Source of the DNA: Promethearchaeota archaeon
GTDB lineage: Archaea; Asgardarchaeota; Hermodarchaeia; Hermodarchaeales; Hermodarchaeaceae
Assembly: GCA_048938385.1 (NCBI GenBank)
Contig: JBHLMG010000018.1
Location: 1-45,975 of the forward strand
DNA: 45,975 nt
Reading direction: 5' to 3'
This document shows positions 28,525 to 37,956 of the stretch, one piece after another. A program made the translations under genes and the position numbers. The notes beneath the pieces are model-generated. The model did no database searches and had not been told where the DNA came from. It saw only the letters and a list, made by a program, of their open reading frames with translations. The stretch's first letter is position 1, and every line of letters begins with the position of its first letter.

Positions 28525-29166
28525 TCACCGTATTCGTTCTGATATGTATCGACCTCGGCTTTCAATGGCTTTTACTTTTCGAAAAACCGCCGAAGCCTTC
28601 GCGCCATAAGATGCACTATAACCTTCAACGAACGCTAAGTAACAATCTTCCCAAACGGGATAGTGAGCACTGAGCAAGGCGCGTCGCAGAAGATGTAAAT
28701 CCGTTCCGTAATCTTCAACATTTCGGGTGATAGTAGCCAACCCAAAGTCAATGAAGTATACACGATTCTGTGGAGCGAGCAGCAAATTTGAAGTGGTTAA
28801 ATCACCGTGAGCGACTTGGTGATGGTGAAGCCGACCTACTGCTTCACCAATTTGTCGGAAGAGTTGATGAAGCTTCGCGGCTGCAAGGTTAGGAATCAAC
28901 TCTTTAAGCCGTTGCCCCTTGATAAATTCCATTAGGATGGTTGCGGTGTCTGGATTGATATTGTAAATAATAGGAGTGGGAACTCCGGCACTCCGAGCCA
29001 CGGCCAGTAAACGCGCTTCACGCAAGGTTCGTTCATTACGAATTGTTTGATCTAGGTGAGGAACACGGTAGGTTTTAGGAAGCCGGTGCTTTCGGATCAC
29101 CTGATATCCGTACCAATCTTCCAGGAAGAGTGAAGCTTCGGCTCCTTTAGCAATACACCGCGACAT
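28525..29166 (-). CDS. bud32: KEOPS kinase/ATPase Bud32
   Basis: KGAEA, RTLREAR, HGDLTTSN, IDFGL, RGRY. Confidence 0.97.
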   Translation of the reverse strand: MSRCIAKGAEASLFLEDWYGYQVIRKHRLPKTYRVPHLDQTIRNERTLREARLLAVARSAGVPTPIIYNINPDTATILMEFIKGQRLKELIPNLAAAKLHQLFRQIGEAVGRLHHHQVAHGDLTTSNLLLAPQNRVYFIDFGLATITRNVEDYGTDLHLLRRALLSAHYPVWEDCYLAFVEGYSASYGAKASAVFRKVKAIESRGRYISERIR

Positions 29167-29172
29167 TGAATG

Positions 29173-30159
29173 TCAAACCTCCCAGGGAATTTTGACCTGA
29201 TCCAGACGCCATTTTGGTCGGATGCTGCTTCGGGGAAAGGGAGTAGTAGTTCCAGTTTTTAGTAGTTGTAGACCATTGTAGGCAATCATTGCCCCATTGT
29301 CACCTGCATATTGTACAGGAACAGCCGCAAATCGAGCGGATTGTTCATTAGCTACCACCTGAAGCATCTCTTTTAGTCGGTTGTTAGCAGCCACACCACC
29401 AGTAATCAGTAGCTCTTTGCGTTGCGTATGCGCCAGAGCCCGTTCAGTAACTTCAGCGACCATAGCAAATGCAGTTTCTTGCAGGCTATAACACACCGTT
29501 TCAAGGGCTGTACCTTTGGCGAGTAATCGCTTTGCAGCTGTAAGCAATCCGGAGAAGGCCAAGTCCATTCCCTTGACAGTGTATGGCAGAGGAACATAAT
29601 GACCATTAGCCTTTTTTGCTAATGCTTCGATTTTCGGACCTCCAGGATGTGGAAGTTCAGCGCTCCGAGCGAACATATCTAACATGTTACCTAAGGCGAT
29701 ATCGAGAGTTTCGCCGAATATTCTGTACCGTTGGGTTTCCAAGGTTGTGATTTGGGTATTTCCCCCTGAGAGAAAAACGACGAGGGGGGTTTTAGTTTTA
29801 CAGAAAAATCGCGCTTGCTCAATATGAGCCACACAATGATTGACTCCGAGCAATGGAACATCTAAGGCATGAGCTAAACTTCGTGCGATGACTGCTCCGA
29901 CTCGGAGTGCGGGGGGGAGACCGGGACCTTGTGAAAAAGCGATTCCTTGGACTTGATGTGCTGATAAGTGAGCGTCTTCAAATGCCTTCCGAAGAAGGGG
30001 TAGTGCCTGGGCTTGGTGATGTTCTGCAGCCTCCCGTGGATGAATTCCACCTTCTACAGGAGCGTACATAGATTTACGACTAGCTAGGATTTTCCCTTTT
30101 GAATCCACTATTCCGAATCCTAGGGTGTGAGCAGTGCTTTCAATACCTAAAACAATCAT
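29173..30159 (-). CDS. kae1: tRNA N6-threonylcarbamoyltransferase Kae1
   Basis: LGIESTAHT, GIHPREAAEHH, VNHCVAH, SGGNTQ, GGVAAN, DNGAMIA. Confidence 0.98.
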   Translation of the reverse strand: MIVLGIESTAHTLGFGIVDSKGKILASRKSMYAPVEGGIHPREAAEHHQAQALPLLRKAFEDAHLSAHQVQGIAFSQGPGLPPALRVGAVIARSLAHALDVPLLGVNHCVAHIEQARFFCKTKTPLVVFLSGGNTQITTLETQRYRIFGETLDIALGNMLDMFARSAELPHPGGPKIEALAKKANGHYVPLPYTVKGMDLAFSGLLTAAKRLLAKGTALETVCYSLQETAFAMVAEVTERALAHTQRKELLITGGVAANNRLKEMLQVVANEQSARFAAVPVQYAGDNGAMIAYNGLQLLKTGTTTPFPRSSIRPKWRLDQVKIPWEV

Positions 30160-30245
30160 CTACATCGGCCTAAGGTGAGCACATATTAGAAAGATGCTTC
30201 TGCAGACCCAGACATGGTGTGCGAGTTCGCTAGGGGATGCACATG

Positions 30246-30434
30246 CTATTTTTCTTTCTCTTCGTCCTTTTTTGCGGTTTTAAATTCCGTGAACCCACAG
30301 TTGCCACAATGGAAGCGATCGGAATGTTCAGCCATGAAAGTTCCTTCTCCGCATCGTGGACAAGAACGGCGCAAGCGATCAAGTTTGCCTTCTTTTCCTT
30401 GTTTGTAAAACTGATGAGGTTTTGACATTGACAT
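30246..30434 (-). CDS. rps27ae: 30S ribosomal protein S27ae (eS31), no ubiquitin fusion
   Basis: [22 protein letters not shown]. Confidence 0.96.
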   Translation of the reverse strand: MSMSKPHQFYKQGKEGKLDRLRRSCPRCGEGTFMAEHSDRFHCGNCGFTEFKTAKKDEEKEK

Positions 30435-30453
30435 CTACCTTTCCTACAATGTG

Positions 30454-30885
30454 TTAATCTGCCTTAGCTGGTGCCTTCTCCTTGGCCGGCTCCTTCTCCT
30501 TGGCCGGCTCCTTCTCCTTGGCCGGCTCCTTCTCCTTCGCCGGGGCCTTTTCCTTCGCCGGTTCTTTAGGTGGTGGTGAAGGAGCAGGTGTAGCAGCTAC
30601 AACTTCTTCCTTCTTATGGCGTTTGATGATATACTTTGGTTCATGTTCGAGGGCGTCTTCTTTAGAAGGATACAGGCGTGCATAACCTTTTGCGGTTGGC
30701 TGACCGTATAATCCGTTGAGCTTTAAGATGTATAACTCATCTTCTTTGCAATTGAGCATAGCAGCAAGCTTTGCACGAACATCTAGTCTTTGCGGGGTTG
30801 CTGTTCCTTGGTGCTCAACCATGAATGTGATGTCCTGACGGTTAAGTAAGGGATTGTCCGATTTTTCTTCGATTTTAATTTTCAT
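30454..30885 (-). CDS. rps24e: 30S ribosomal protein S24e with repetitive C-terminal tail
   Basis: NPLLNR, TPQR, GYARLY, EPKYIIKRH; ATG 30885. Confidence 0.95.
   Translation of the reverse strand: MKIKIEEKSDNPLLNRQDITFMVEHQGTATPQRLDVRAKLAAMLNCKEDELYILKLNGLYGQPTAKGYARLYPSKEDALEHEPKYIIKRHKKEEVVAATPAPSPPPKEPAKEKAPAKEKEPAKEKEPAKEKEPAKEKAPAKAD
30474..30563. repeat. 18-bp coding tandem repeat (3 exact + 2 degenerate copies)
   Basis: CCTTCTCCTTGGCCGGCT x3 at 30474-30527, then two variants; encodes (E/A)PAKEK in eS24. Confidence 0.95.
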
Positions 30886-31441
30886 TTCTTTGCACCATTT
30901 GTGCAAGTATTTCGTTTACCGTTTGTTTATGAGCGGTAGTTACTGTAATGACTACAATGCCCTGATCAGGGAGACCATAAACTACGGCAGACCCATTAGG
31001 TGCAAGCACCACCGCAGGGAGTGCCGTTAGGTCCTCTTCACCCTCTATTAAGATTTTGGCTATCTTGCCGGATTCCCCAACTTTCAAAGCCAATTCGATG
31101 GCAACCCACACTTCGGGACGGATTTCAGTAGCTGCGTTCTTGACTTCAAGAGTTACATCTGCAGTGAGGCTTCGGTCCAATTTATCATGGCGTTTTGTCT
31201 TTCCATCAAGGATAGATAGCTGGGCTTGACAATTTACCTTTGCTAAATTGATTGATACTAGGTCCCCAACTGCAATGACAGGATGTAGGTTATTCTTTTG
31301 TATATAAGCGCAGGCATCCTTAGCGGCCCCGAGTTTTGGTCGAGAAAATAATTTCCCTTTAGATTCTTTCAAGGATTGCCTTAAATGAGTGGGGAGGACT
31401 AGGGTGAATTCCCGTAGCGGCTTGTTAGCCAACTCGGTCAC
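30875..31441 (-). CDS. GTP-dependent dephospho-CoA kinase (DUF359)
   Basis: AVGDLVS, DGKTKR, EGEEDLTALP, VVYGLPDQG; Spt4-eS24 context. Confidence 0.92.
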   Translation of the reverse strand: MTELANKPLREFTLVLPTHLRQSLKESKGKLFSRPKLGAAKDACAYIQKNNLHPVIAVGDLVSINLAKVNCQAQLSILDGKTKRHDKLDRSLTADVTLEVKNAATEIRPEVWVAIELALKVGESGKIAKILIEGEEDLTALPAVVLAPNGSAVVYGLPDQGIVVITVTTAHKQTVNEILAQMVQRNEN

Positions 31442-31626
31442 CTAACTTGGAGTGCATATTCTCCTGGTTTGGAGATATTAAGTTTCTGAGCAATGATTGA
31501 TGTTTCCGGGTCAAAAATGAGAACTAGCCCTGAGTAGCTTTCAGAAAGATTGGTGCTTTTACAAATTGGACAATGCGATTTTGTCGTCATTTTATGACAA
31601 ATTTTACATGCCTTGCTCTTTGCCAT
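31438..31626 (-). CDS. spt4: Transcription elongation factor Spt4 (RpoE'')
   Basis: KACKIC...CPIC, GLVLIFDPE.S.IA.KL.I..PGEYAL.VR. Confidence 0.96.
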   Translation of the reverse strand: MAKSKACKICHKMTTKSHCPICKSTNLSESYSGLVLIFDPETSIIAQKLNISKPGEYALQVR

Positions 31627-31671
31627 TTTTTTCACTCCGATGAAGATATTTCGCGAACCGCAATACCAGGC

Positions 31672-32274
31672 TTAAGTGTTATTGGTTTTCGCCTTTGCGC
31701 TTTTCTCAGCTTTTCGCTTGGATTCTTTGAGCTTCGCTAGCTCTTCCTTTATCCACTCAAATTTGCCTAGATAAGGCTGTCGCATTGTCAGTCCAAGTTT
31801 CCCGCTTCGTGCACCACCATCAATACTCACTGCAACGATCCGGGTACGGACCAGGTCACCCTCTGTGATAATCCTTCCAGTCTCTTTGCCAACAAGGGCA
31901 GCGCTCCGAGGGTCATAGGAGAAGAAGTCGTCAGTGATTTGGCTGACATGGCACAGTCCATCTAAGGGACCTAATCGGATAAACGCCCCGAAATCAACGA
32001 CTTCAACGACTTCACCTTGCATTAAATAGTTCACTTTGGGTTCGAAGGTGAGAATTTGAAGGGTGGCGTTATGGTATGTAGCACCATCACCAGGGATGAT
32101 CTTGCCTACGCCGATATCGAGGACTTCGATAACTGCAATAATGAACCCGAAGTCGATGTCAATGATGCCTTCATATTGTTCGCGAAGAATCTCTTCTGCT
32201 ACTTCGTACAAGTCTTCACTGAATCGATTCGGCGGAATGCGGACATGCCCTTTTATAGTAACTGCTTGGTAGAT
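31672..32274 (-). CDS. rpo7: RNA polymerase subunit Rpo7 (RpoE'); probable AUC start
   Basis: GKIIPGDGATYH, GEVVEVVDFGAF..LGPLDGL.HVSQI, GLTMRQPYLGK. Homology extends upstream of the ORF-track start to (I)YQAVTIKGHVRIPPNRF at ATC 32274. Confidence 0.96.
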   Translation of the reverse strand: MYQAVTIKGHVRIPPNRFSEDLYEVAEEILREQYEGIIDIDFGFIIAVIEVLDIGVGKIIPGDGATYHNATLQILTFEPKVNYLMQGEVVEVVDFGAFIRLGPLDGLCHVSQITDDFFSYDPRSAALVGKETGRIITEGDLVRTRIVAVSIDGGARSGKLGLTMRQPYLGKFEWIKEELAKLKESKRKAEKSAKAKTNNT

Positions 32275-32362
32275 GGTTCTGCCTCCGATTTCCGAACGGT
32301 TACAAATTGGGCTGATAAGCTTTTCTATTCCATTGGAAAATTAAGGAGTTCTAACATCGCAT

Positions 32363-32785
32363 CTACTCGGTTATGGCTAGAATTGCCAGTTTGCGTAAAT
32401 AGATGACCCGAGAACCATGTTTTACGAGTTTCAACCGAAGTTCGCGGTCATTTGTCGCTACAACGGCGTTAACTTTTTGCGCATATTGTAGTAAAGCGCT
32501 GTCGCCATCAAGTCCTTGTATTGAATCTGGCAGGTCCGTGACTATTGCGCCAAATTGGTCCAAGGCCTCGATGGCAGATTGAGCGGCCCGGGCTTCTTTG
32601 CTGCTCCCTTGATTCACTAGTCTGTGCAGCTCATCGAGTATTTGAGGAAGGATGAGAAGTCTAACTTGCCTTTGAAGGAGTTTAGGGATTTCTTCGAAGA
32701 TATCGATTCGTCGTTGAAAAGGCAGGAGAAGAAAATTCGTATCTAAAAGCACTGGTTGCCCTTGAAGTGTAGAATCAGTTTTCAA
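32363..32785 (-). CDS. PIN-domain nuclease (Fcf1/Utp24-like)
   Basis: LLDTNFL, ILDEL, D, VATNDRELR, YLRK; aIF2-gamma/Rpo7 context. Confidence 0.92.
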   Translation of the reverse strand: MKTDSTLQGQPVLLDTNFLLLPFQRRIDIFEEIPKLLQRQVRLLILPQILDELHRLVNQGSSKEARAAQSAIEALDQFGAIVTDLPDSIQGLDGDSALLQYAQKVNAVVATNDRELRLKLVKHGSRVIYLRKLAILAITE

Positions 32786-34034
32786 TTACGGTGCCCCATC
32801 CAATCAATCGCCATCTCATTTCTATTTGGCGGCTTACGGCAACTCGTTGACCAGGAATGATGGCAATGGGTTTGCGCAAATCAAAGGTGGCATCGGACTT
32901 TCCTTCAAGTTTGGATACTTGCCCCACGGTTGCTGAAGATCCTGCGATTAGCATCAACATTTCGTTGAGTTTGATATCATGCACGGCCACTTGATCAATA
33001 GCTCCAACAACGCGTTTGAGTAGGTGAGTGTCCAGTTTCAATTGTTGCACAATCGGGGGCAGCTGATCGGATGGTCCTGAAAGGTTCCCAATCAAAGCAT
33101 CAGCACGAGTTAAAGCCGGATCCAAGTTAGTCCCTAAGCCGATGAGTCCACTAGGATGTGCGGTTTTCAAGGCTTTTCCTGTACCGGTTTGAATGCTAGT
33201 TATCTTGGTGTGAAGTGGTTCGTAATTAATTGCGCCTTTATCCTTCCGGATAGGCGTACCAGGACGGATTTCAATTTCGTCGCCTACGGATAGTTTGCCT
33301 TGAATGATGGTACCTCCAATGACGCCGCCCTTCAAATCTTTAGGACGAGTACCCGGTTTGTTAATGTCAAAAGAACGGGCCACATAGAAGAGCCCTGGTT
33401 TTTGGAGATCGCGTTTGGGGGTCGGAATGACCTCTTCGATTGTTTGAATGAGGTAATCGATGTTAGTTCCAAACATCGCTGAAATTGGGATAATCGGAGC
33501 GTTTTCGGCAATTGATCCTGCTATAAATCGCGTAATTTCTTTGTAGTTTTCTTGGGCTTTTTTCTCTGAGACGAGTTCCACCTTATTTTGTACAATGATA
33601 ATTTTGTCGACACCAATGATTTCTAATGCAGCAAGGTGTTCTCGTGTTTGAGGTTGGGGGCATTTTTCGTCTGCCGCAATAAGAAGAAGTGCTCCATCCA
33701 TCAATGCAGCACCTGAAATCATAGTCGCCATCAATACTTCGTGACCTGGTGCATCAACAAGGGATATGCGGCGTAAGGGTTCGGCTTTTCCGCCACATTT
33801 CGGGCATTTCGAATCTGTTGTGTAAGCAGCAGGACCTTTACAATTTAGGCATTTGTAGAAGGCTACATCGGCGTAGCCTAACTTAATAGATATGCCTCGA
33901 CGAATTTCCTCAGAATGACGATCAGTCCATTCCCCCGATAACGCTTTGGCTAATGTTGTCTTTCCATGGTCGACATGACCAGTGAGACCGATATTGACCT
34001 CCGCTTGTGTAGGCATAGTTTGTTGGGGGGGCAT
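32775..34034 (-). CDS. eif2g: Translation initiation factor 2 gamma subunit
   Basis: GHVDHGKTT, RGISIKLGYA, DAPGHE, PQPQTREH, QNK, WRLIGWG. Confidence 0.98.
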   Translation of the reverse strand: MPPQQTMPTQAEVNIGLTGHVDHGKTTLAKALSGEWTDRHSEEIRRGISIKLGYADVAFYKCLNCKGPAAYTTDSKCPKCGGKAEPLRRISLVDAPGHEVLMATMISGAALMDGALLLIAADEKCPQPQTREHLAALEIIGVDKIIIVQNKVELVSEKKAQENYKEITRFIAGSIAENAPIIPISAMFGTNIDYLIQTIEEVIPTPKRDLQKPGLFYVARSFDINKPGTRPKDLKGGVIGGTIIQGKLSVGDEIEIRPGTPIRKDKGAINYEPLHTKITSIQTGTGKALKTAHPSGLIGLGTNLDPALTRADALIGNLSGPSDQLPPIVQQLKLDTHLLKRVVGAIDQVAVHDIKLNEMLMLIAGSSATVGQVSKLEGKSDATFDLRKPIAIIPGQRVAVSRQIEMRWRLIGWGTVIEN

Positions 34035-34082
34035 AGCTTTTCTTCATTCCTTTTAGTGTTCTTGGATTTATTCTTTTAACGC

Positions 34083-34466
34083 TCAGCTTTTTTCAATAAG
34101 TTCAAGGAGTGGTTTGCTCCCGTGGGTAACGATTTTTGCATTGACTTGGATGATTTCATCGGTTATTTCGTTCCCCCGAACACGGCGACGACGGCGTTCA
34201 CCCTTCGTCCGTGGTTTGTAGCCAATCCCTCCACTGAGAAGCGGTCGTTTTCGGACTGCTCCATGGACATCGGGTCGCATAGGCATTCCATCCTTATCGC
34301 TTCCGCCAGTGATTTTGAATTGATAGCCACCCAACCCAATGGAATTACCTTCCACGATTTCGCCAACGAGTTTTCCGTAGAGCGCGCGACTTCGTTGTTC
34401 GCTGAGTTCGATTTGGATTGTCTGGCCACTGTCGGGGTCACCGATGACTATTCGAATTCTTGCCAT
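34083..34466 (-). CDS. rps6e: 30S ribosomal protein S6e
   Basis: IGDP.SG, ITGGSDKDG.PMR, GERRRRRVRGN. Confidence 0.97.
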   Translation of the reverse strand: MARIRIVIGDPDSGQTIQIELSEQRSRALYGKLVGEIVEGNSIGLGGYQFKITGGSDKDGMPMRPDVHGAVRKRPLLSGGIGYKPRTKGERRRRRVRGNEITDEIIQVNAKIVTHGSKPLLELIEKS

Positions 34467-34606
34467 TTTCTGTATCCTCTATATAGGAAGAATTTTCACC
34501 CTTAAATGAAAGGCGGATTGATAGCTTCGTAGCATAGGATAAGCGCTTATCAATCTTACCATCAATTGAGAAGAACACATTCGGTAATATTGCGTTAAGT
34601 TGGTGC

Positions 34607-36388
34607 TTAAACTCCCCAGAAGGGTTGTACATGTTTGCGTTTTATCTCTAAGAACTCTTGGAGTACTTCTAGTTCATCGGCTGTTAGTTTATCCTTGAAG
34701 TCTTGGTGGAGCCGTATTGCCATGCCTTCTGGTAAATCAATGTAGAGTAAATCACCTTCCTCGATTTGCCGGCCAACAGTTGCACCTTTGATGGAAACAG
34801 CTACTTCCGCACCAATTCGTGCTTCAGGGATGGTGTCGCCTTTATCTTGAATCTGTTGGATGCTTCCTACGCGTTTATTATCCGATTTTACCAAGAAGTT
34901 TTTAGCACGAATCCGTCCAGCGAGAACACGGACACCAACGACTGCAGGATTGCTTTGACGAAACACATAACCTGGTAACAATTCGATCTTTCCAGGGAAT
35001 GTTAGTTCTTGGAGCATTGCCTCTTCGAGTTTCTTGCGTTTATCCGCAACCCAGGTTTCGTATTGATCAACAAGATCGTAGATGATCTTGCTTTGAAAAA
35101 CAGGTACCCTTAGTGAATCTGCTTCAGTTATAGCATCAGGTAAAGGTCGAATGTTAAAGGCTAATACAACACCAAGAAATGGGTCTGCGTCACCAACGGT
35201 CGACGCTTCGATGATGTCCTTCTTTGAGATATCGCCAATATCAGCCCGACGAATAGGAATATCTCTTTCCCGTAGATAGCCGATGAGGGCTTCTAAGGAA
35301 CCCAAGGTGTCAGCCTTCACAAAGATTCCAATTTTATCTGTTTCAATCCGAACTGCCTCCATATCCTGAACAATTCGCTCTACGGCGGCTGACACTTCTT
35401 TTGGCGAATCCGCAGCATACAATCCTGCGCCAGCAACAGCATCATCAAGATCAGGAGCAGCAATTTTGATGCCAGCGGCGGCAACTACATCATCAACTGG
35501 CGAAAAGCGTTCGCGTGGATCACGAATTTCGTCTAGTGGTTTGGGCATGAGAAGAGCACGAACATGTGTAGTGATGGGATTAGGGATGCCTCCAACAACA
35601 ATTGTGTCGCCTTTATGGAGGACACCATCATAAATGATCGAATCGATGGTCACTCCTAAACCGGGTTCTTCTTTGACTTCGAGAACGACACCCTTTGCTG
35701 GTCCCTCAGTGGTTTGTAATTTCTCTTCTAGGTACTGTTGAGCCAGTCCGACTAATACCAATAACAAATCGGAAATTCCCTCGGCGGTTTTAGCGCTGGT
35801 AGGTACTATTGCAATTGTCTTAGCAAAATTAGTAATGCGATCATATCGGTCTGATTGGAAATTTTCTCGAGAAAGGTCCCCCATTACTTCGTAAATTTTC
35901 TCATCCAATTGACTTTGTACAAATTCAGATTGCTTAACTATTGATTCAGAAAGAACCCAGGTGTCTTGGGGTTTCCATCCAGGTAGGCGATCTACCTTGT
36001 TCAGGGCAATTAGAAAGGGCGTTTTTCGGGTCCTGAGAATACGAAGAGATTCATAAGTTTGGGGTTGAAGCCCATCAACGATGTCGACAACTAAGATGGC
36101 GATATCTGCAACCGCGCCTCCGCGTTTTCGGAGGTTGAAAAAAGCTGCGTGTCCAGGTGTATCGATGATGAGGAGGCCGGGTAAAGTGAGTTGGCGTTTA
36201 AAACCTTTCATTAATGGTCCGACTAGTTCTTTTACAGTCTCAAGAGGAAAGTAGCTTGCTCCAATCTGTTGGGTGATTCCACCTGCTTCTCGTGCTTGAA
36301 CCTTAGTGCCACGTATCATGTCTAAAAGACTAGTTTTACCTGAGTCAATGTGGCCAAGAATGGTGACGATGGGTTGGCGAGTGGGCAT
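34607..36388 (-). CDS. infB: Translation initiation factor aIF5B (IF-2)
   Basis: RQPIVTILGHIDSGKT, EAGGITQQIGA, DTPGH, NKVD, DTLGSLEAL; no intein evident; ATG 36388. Confidence 0.98.
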   Translation of the reverse strand: MPTRQPIVTILGHIDSGKTSLLDMIRGTKVQAREAGGITQQIGASYFPLETVKELVGPLMKGFKRQLTLPGLLIIDTPGHAAFFNLRKRGGAVADIAILVVDIVDGLQPQTYESLRILRTRKTPFLIALNKVDRLPGWKPQDTWVLSESIVKQSEFVQSQLDEKIYEVMGDLSRENFQSDRYDRITNFAKTIAIVPTSAKTAEGISDLLLVLVGLAQQYLEEKLQTTEGPAKGVVLEVKEEPGLGVTIDSIIYDGVLHKGDTIVVGGIPNPITTHVRALLMPKPLDEIRDPRERFSPVDDVVAAAGIKIAAPDLDDAVAGAGLYAADSPKEVSAAVERIVQDMEAVRIETDKIGIFVKADTLGSLEALIGYLRERDIPIRRADIGDISKKDIIEASTVGDADPFLGVVLAFNIRPLPDAITEADSLRVPVFQSKIIYDLVDQYETWVADKRKKLEEAMLQELTFPGKIELLPGYVFRQSNPAVVGVRVLAGRIRAKNFLVKSDNKRVGSIQQIQDKGDTIPEARIGAEVAVSIKGATVGRQIEEGDLLYIDLPEGMAIRLHQDFKDKLTADELEVLQEFLEIKRKHVQPFWGV

Positions 36389-36553
36389 TCGTGACACCTC
36401 TTTGGGGAACAGCACAGGTGTGTATGCTTAATTGGCATCGACAAGATTGCGCTATTTAAGGCTTATGGGGTTTTTTAGACTCTCAACGAATTTCTTCAAG
36501 GAGAGAAGGTTTTTTGTGAAGGAAACTGATTGTGCCTTCAAAAGGTGGTTCAC

Positions 36554-37228
36554 ATGGAGCAAACCTTACTTGTTTTGAAACCCGATGCAACGATGCGGCG
36601 TGGTGTAGGAGCGACCGTCTTTGAGCAGCTAACGATCTCGCTTTCTGATGTTAGATTCAGAGGGTTTTTGGAATTAGCAGTCTCTCGGCATTTAGCAGAG
36701 AAACACTATGCTATTCATGAGGGGAAGTTTTTCTATCCTTGGTTAGTGCGCTTTATTCAAGTGGGGAATGTAACTGCTACAGTGTTAGAAGGTGAAGATA
36801 TAGTTAGGCGTTTGCGCGAAATACTTGGATCTACCTTTGTTGAAAAGGCGAGTCCCGAAAGCCTTCGTGGGAAATACGGTCTCGTTGGTGGCGTGAATGT
36901 TGCCCATGCTTCTGATGAGCCGGCGAATGCACAGAAGGAGATCTCCCTTTGGAAGAAAGAAACCGAGTTAGACCTTGAGCTAGATGGACTCGAATCAATC
37001 AATGCGTATATTGCAATCTGGCAGGATACACCAGTAACAGCGACTGACAACATTCGACGAGCTTGTGAGGCTTATGCCCAAGAATTTTCAGATCGAGAAG
37101 AATACCAACAACAAATAGTAGAATACCTCATCGAAGAATGCCCAGATTGGACAACCTACGACTTGCAAAATCTTGCAGATGCAATTTTAGGTAATATGGA
37201 TTTGGATCGTGATAGACCTTCAGACTGA
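36554..37228 (+). CDS. ndk: Nucleoside diphosphate kinase with C-terminal extension
   Basis: TLLVLKPDA, HYAIHEGKFFY, SLRGKYG, catalytic NVAHASDE...E. Confidence 0.9.
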   Translation: MEQTLLVLKPDATMRRGVGATVFEQLTISLSDVRFRGFLELAVSRHLAEKHYAIHEGKFFYPWLVRFIQVGNVTATVLEGEDIVRRLREILGSTFVEKASPESLRGKYGLVGGVNVAHASDEPANAQKEISLWKKETELDLELDGLESINAYIAIWQDTPVTATDNIRRACEAYAQEFSDREEYQQQIVEYLIEECPDWTTYDLQNLADAILGNMDLDRDRPSD

Positions 37229-37267
37229 AGGGAACCAGATTAGCAAAAATCGTCGTGAAGCTAGCCC

Positions 37268-37690
37268 TCAATTCTTCTTTTTTGAAGTCTTTGCCGTTTT
37301 TGATCGATCTTTCTTCGTTTTAGTTTTCCCTTTGGGGGGAGATTTGGTCTTCTCCTTCGGCTTTGGTTTAGCTTTAGGCTTAGATTTCGGTGTAGGTTTC
37401 ACCTTCTCGGCCTTGGGCTTAGGTTTCGGTTCCTCCTTCGGCTTCACCTTGGCTTTAGGCTTGGGTTTGAGTTTTTTCTTCGCTCTCGCAGCTTGAGCGC
37501 GGCGGCGTGTTCTTTCTTCATAAACCTCAGTCCATTTGAGTCGCCGAGGGCGTCTGTTCAAGTAAATCTGGTTTCGACGACATTTGCTCGAACAAAGGTA
37601 TAGGAGGCTTCCATCGTTTTTGACATAGACGGATCCCGCACCAGGTTCAATGTCCGTGCCACAGAAAGAACAAGCGTATTTCTTAACCAT
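37268..37690 (-). CDS. rpl24e: 50S ribosomal protein L24e with long Lys/Pro-rich tail
   Basis: CSFCG.DIEPG.G.VYVKNDG...LCSSKC...PRRLKWT. Confidence 0.96.
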   Translation of the reverse strand: MVKKYACSFCGTDIEPGAGSVYVKNDGSLLYLCSSKCRRNQIYLNRRPRRLKWTEVYEERTRRRAQAARAKKKLKPKPKAKVKPKEEPKPKPKAEKVKPTPKSKPKAKPKPKEKTKSPPKGKTKTKKDRSKTAKTSKKKN

Positions 37691-37714
37691 ATAAAACCCC
37701 ACTTATACCACAGA

Positions 37715-37930
37715 TTACGGAGTTCGAATTTTGCGAGCCTCTCGTTCAGTCTCTCGCAATACTAGAATATCACCTTCACGGATAGGACCCTTCACATTTC
37801 GAGTAAGGATGCGCCCTTGATCACGACCCTCAAGTACACGGACTCGTACTTGGATAATCTCTCCAGTAAGTCCGGTTCGTCCAACGACTTGAACAACTTC
37901 TGCAGGAATGCTCACATCTTCTGAGCTCAT
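37715..37930 (-). CDS. rps28e: 30S ribosomal protein S28e
   Basis: [12 protein letters not shown]...QVRVRVLEG...RNVKGP.REGDIL.L.ETEREA. Confidence 0.98.
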   Translation of the reverse strand: MSSEDVSIPAEVVQVVGRTGLTGEIIQVRVRVLEGRDQGRILTRNVKGPIREGDILVLRETEREARKIRTP

Positions 37931-37956
37931 TTTGTGTGCCACCTATTCAAGGGGTA

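Noticed and set aside
30246-30453. Ubiquitin fusion to eS31
   Set aside because: Only 19 bp separate the gene from rps24e; there is no ubiquitin-like sequence.
30474-30563. Tandem repeats (also 45773-45916) as a CRISPR array
   Set aside because: No unique spacers; units are in-frame multiples of 3 inside coding tails.
34538-34551. Palindrome GATAAGCGCTTATC upstream of rps6e
   Set aside because: Overlaps a TATA-like GCTTATC also seen upstream of other genes here; no further support as a distinct element.
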